Source of the DNA: Alphaproteobacteria bacterium
Lineage (GTDB): Bacteria > Pseudomonadota > Alphaproteobacteria > UBA6615
Reading direction: 5' to 3'
DNA: 64,000 nucleotides
Assembly (NCBI GenBank): GCA_965261975.1
Contig: CBDHEC010000047.1
Coordinates: 32,001 to 96,000, forward strand
The notes below the pieces were generated by a model. It worked only from the letters and a program-made list of their open reading frames with translations. It ran no database searches and was not told the origin of the DNA. Below are positions 61,969 through 64,000 of the stretch, piece by piece (position 1 is the first letter of the stretch; each line of letters starts with the position of its first letter). Position numbers and translations under genes: made by a program.

Positions 61969-63053
61969 GCCACCTCGAAGAAGCCCATCCAGCCGAGCTC
62001 TGCAAACTCGCTCTGATGAGCATGAAACATGTACATGCCGGGCTCGTGATCGGCGAACGTGAACTCAAGAATGCCGCGCTGTCCCTGGCACTGCATTACG
62101 GTGTCGATCGTGCGCGATGTGGGCTCAAGTGTCGTGCCGGCATCGTAGTAATCAAAGAAGTTTGCGTGCAAATGGAACGAGTTAATCGGGTCGAACTCGG
62201 TCACATTGACGAGATAAATACGTACCGGACGCGTGCGGTCGATCCGGATTGGTTGTTTCGAGAAGGCATGCGCGATCGAGTTGACGGCGTAGACCTCGTT
62301 CTCATCGTCGAAATTCGTATCGAAGCCATTCATGACCATCACGAATTCCTGCCAAGCTGCATTTTCTGATGCGCCTAGCCTGCGGCTCCGAGCCACTTCA
62401 GCTTCTTCCGGGTGCCGTGCCGGATCAGGATCGACGATGAAGGCGCCATAGAGCCCTTTGTGAATGTGTCGTTTTAGCGGCACGGAGTGGCAGTGGTAGA
62501 GATGACAGCCGAACGGGAATGCGTCGAACTCGTAGACGAAGTTTTCGCCGGGATAGATCTCGCCAGCGCCTGGAATTCCGTCCATGCGCGCGCTGTGGAT
62601 TCCGTGAAAATGCATCGTGTGCGGGTGGCTACCGGCATTGCTGAATCTGATCCGTATACGATCGCCTTCGCCAACCCGCAATGTCGGCCCCGGCACTCGG
62701 CCATTATATGTCCAGGCGGGGAAGAACACGCGCGGCGCGATCTCGATCTCCCGATCGATGGCGACCACGTCGAACTCGCGCAGGGTTCTTCCGTCAGGAA
62801 GTGTCGATGCCTTGCCTTCGTCCCAGTCCGTCAGCATCGCAGTCGGATCGAAGCCGTTGCGGTCGTGACCGACCTGACCGACAGTCGTCATGACACCTTC
62901 GTGGTTCCGATTATTCTGATTACGCTCGATTGTGCCAGCACCTTCGGCGTGACGTCCGAAGAACAGCCCAATGCTGCCAAAAACACTACCGCCCAATAGG
63001 CGGCGTCTGTTCATCAGAAAATTTAGCGACCGCGGCATGTTTCCTCTGGCCAT
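61965..63053 (-). CDS. Tat-exported two-domain multicopper oxidase
   Basis: RRRLL Tat signal; HPHTMHFHG, YHCH...H..GLYG, FHLH, FHAH. Confidence 0.9.
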   Translation of the reverse strand: MARGNMPRSLNFLMNRRRLLGGSVFGSIGLFFGRHAEGAGTIERNQNNRNHEGVMTTVGQVGHDRNGFDPTAMLTDWDEGKASTLPDGRTLREFDVVAIDREIEIAPRVFFPAWTYNGRVPGPTLRVGEGDRIRIRFSNAGSHPHTMHFHGIHSARMDGIPGAGEIYPGENFVYEFDAFPFGCHLYHCHSVPLKRHIHKGLYGAFIVDPDPARHPEEAEVARSRRLGASENAAWQEFVMVMNGFDTNFDDENEVYAVNSIAHAFSKQPIRIDRTRPVRIYLVNVTEFDPINSFHLHANFFDYYDAGTTLEPTSRTIDTVMQCQGQRGILEFTFADHEPGMYMFHAHQSEFAELGWMGFFEVA

Positions 63054-63088
63054 CGTGGGAGCATCGTCCTGATATGTATATGCTAAAA

Positions 63089-63108
63089 AAATTAGCTAAG
63101 GCTACATT
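63089..63108. promoter_or_regulatory. Possible DtxR/MntR-like metal operator upstream of the MCO
   Basis: AT-rich dyad with TAGC-taag-GCTA core about 40 nt upstream of the start. Confidence 0.35.
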
Positions 63109-63361
63109 CTTAGTGTGGAGAAATCGAAAGCGCTGGGCATCGCCAAGTGAACATCCTTGGCGAAAGCCATGAGATTTGGGCGGCGATTTATGCTCTTCCG
63201 GAACCGTTCACTTTCAGGGTTCTGTTCGTTCCGCGGGATCACTAGCCAACGGAACTTGCCTTGTGCGCATCGCCTGGCTCCGGACGGTCAGGCCTCTCTC
63301 CGTGATGCCGATTCGTCCGCTGCGCGCGGCTGTATTTGCAATCTCCATAGGGAGAAGAACA

Positions 63362-63506
63362 ATGGCTGAAAAGCTCACGACGAGACTGCTGTCTGGTTTA
63401 TGCCGGCCCCTTGGGTCAGCGCCGCAAACCTGGGGATCGTGATTCGCGGATCATCGAGGCTCAGAAACGCGCGGTGTCATGGCTCGAGCGTAAGAGCGCC
63501 GACTAG
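63362..63506 (+). pseudogene. Chimeric remnant: integrase-like N-terminus (MAEKLTTRLL) joined to an internally deleted Sel1 gene end
   Basis: RBS AGGGAGA plus ATG 63362; 63421-63448 resembles 60081-60110 and then jumps to the 60260 sequence. Confidence 0.5.
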
Positions 63507-63689
63507 ATCGTTTTTGCCGGTCACAGCCATGGGCGCTGCATTTGTCCGTCTGACTCTCTGCTTCAACAATTTTCAATGAACATGGTCGGCGATGCCATTC
63601 GTTCCTGATCCGCAAGTGCGTTGCGGCGCATCCACCCTTGCAGATATACCAAGATCAGGTGTCCCTAGGCCGGAGCGAAAATTTGCGTA
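63449..63689 (+). repeat. 241-bp direct repeat, copy 2
   Basis: Near-identical to 60260-60500; ends on the A of the next ATG. Confidence 0.95.
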
Positions 63690-64000
63690 TGCAATGGAAT
63701 TCTTCGCTGGTGACGACTTGGTTCGTCGTTGCGTTCCTGGCGGCGAGCGCGTTGCAACCAGGGATCGCTGATACGCTGCAGGTTGAAGACATCAGAATCG
63801 GTTCCGATGGGCGGACCACGCGGTTTGTCGTTGAATTGAACGATCGTGTTGAACCCAACGTGTTCGGGCTTCCCGATCCGTATCGTCTTGTGATTGACCT
63901 GCCAGAAGTTGGCTTCGATCTGGCTGAAGATCGGATGGGTAGGGGCGGCGGGATTATAACCAACATTCGTTACGGCCAGTTCCGGCCCGGAACGAGCCGC
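63689..64000 (+). CDS. AMIN-domain exported protein (AmiC-like N-terminus; truncated by window end, not in ORF track)
   Basis: Manual translation MQWNSS...signal...IRIG..GRTTRFVVEL...PDPYRLVIDLP...RYGQFRPGTSR. Confidence 0.75.
   Translation, partial: MQWNSSLVTTWFVVAFLAASALQPGIADTLQVEDIRIGSDGRTTRFVVELNDRVEPNVFGLPDPYRLVIDLPEVGFDLAEDRMGRGGGIITNIRYGQFRPGTSR

Larger units (their letters stand above)
55880..64000. mobile_element. Integrative element/genomic island at tRNA-Arg (right end outside the window)
   Basis: Integrase directly after the tRNA, followed by Xis-like and Rep-like genes; visibly lower GC and atypical codon use. Confidence 0.85.

Noticed and set aside
61965-63053. NirK nitrite reductase or a denitrification cluster (with pseudoazurin and NnrU)
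   Set aside because: The HCH plus HxH motifs in both domains indicate a trinuclear oxidase. The three genes are far apart and no nor/nos genes are present.
55880-64000. Complete prophage
   Set aside because: No terminase, capsid, tail or lysis genes appear in the visible part; only int/xis/rep and cargo are present.

Overview
This is a GC-rich chromosomal segment whose gene content points to an alphaproteobacterium. Most of it is housekeeping: rlmN, argG, folD, tRNA-Ala, a DEAD-box helicase, a full ccmABC-cytochrome c-ccmDEFGHI locus, acnA, a Suv3-like helicase-hslR-terB-fdxA-carD block, pip and folM/folB. The strongest cross-cutting signal is a sigmaE/ChrR (singlet-oxygen type) regulon readable directly in the DNA. 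Six copies of TGATC(C/T/G)-N16-CGTA sit in front of rpoE-chrR, a furan-fatty-acid-like operon (ufaD/ufaO/ufaM homologues), an SDR, a cytochrome c gene inserted between ccmC and ccmD, a stress-gene islet at tRNA-Ala, and an ORF-less structured region at about 49590-49770 (candidate new sRNA). From tRNA-Arg(CCT) at 55803 to the window end lies a lower-GC integrative element. It carries a tyrosine integrase, an Xis-like HTH protein, a Rep-like protein with a DnaA domain-I-like C-terminus and a Sel1 protein. It also has a two-domain multicopper oxidase + ZIP transporter cassette bracketed by ~241-bp direct repeats, and an AMIN-domain gene. A GT4 gene is split by one in-frame TAA. All calls come from reading the sequence and recalling motifs; no searches were run.
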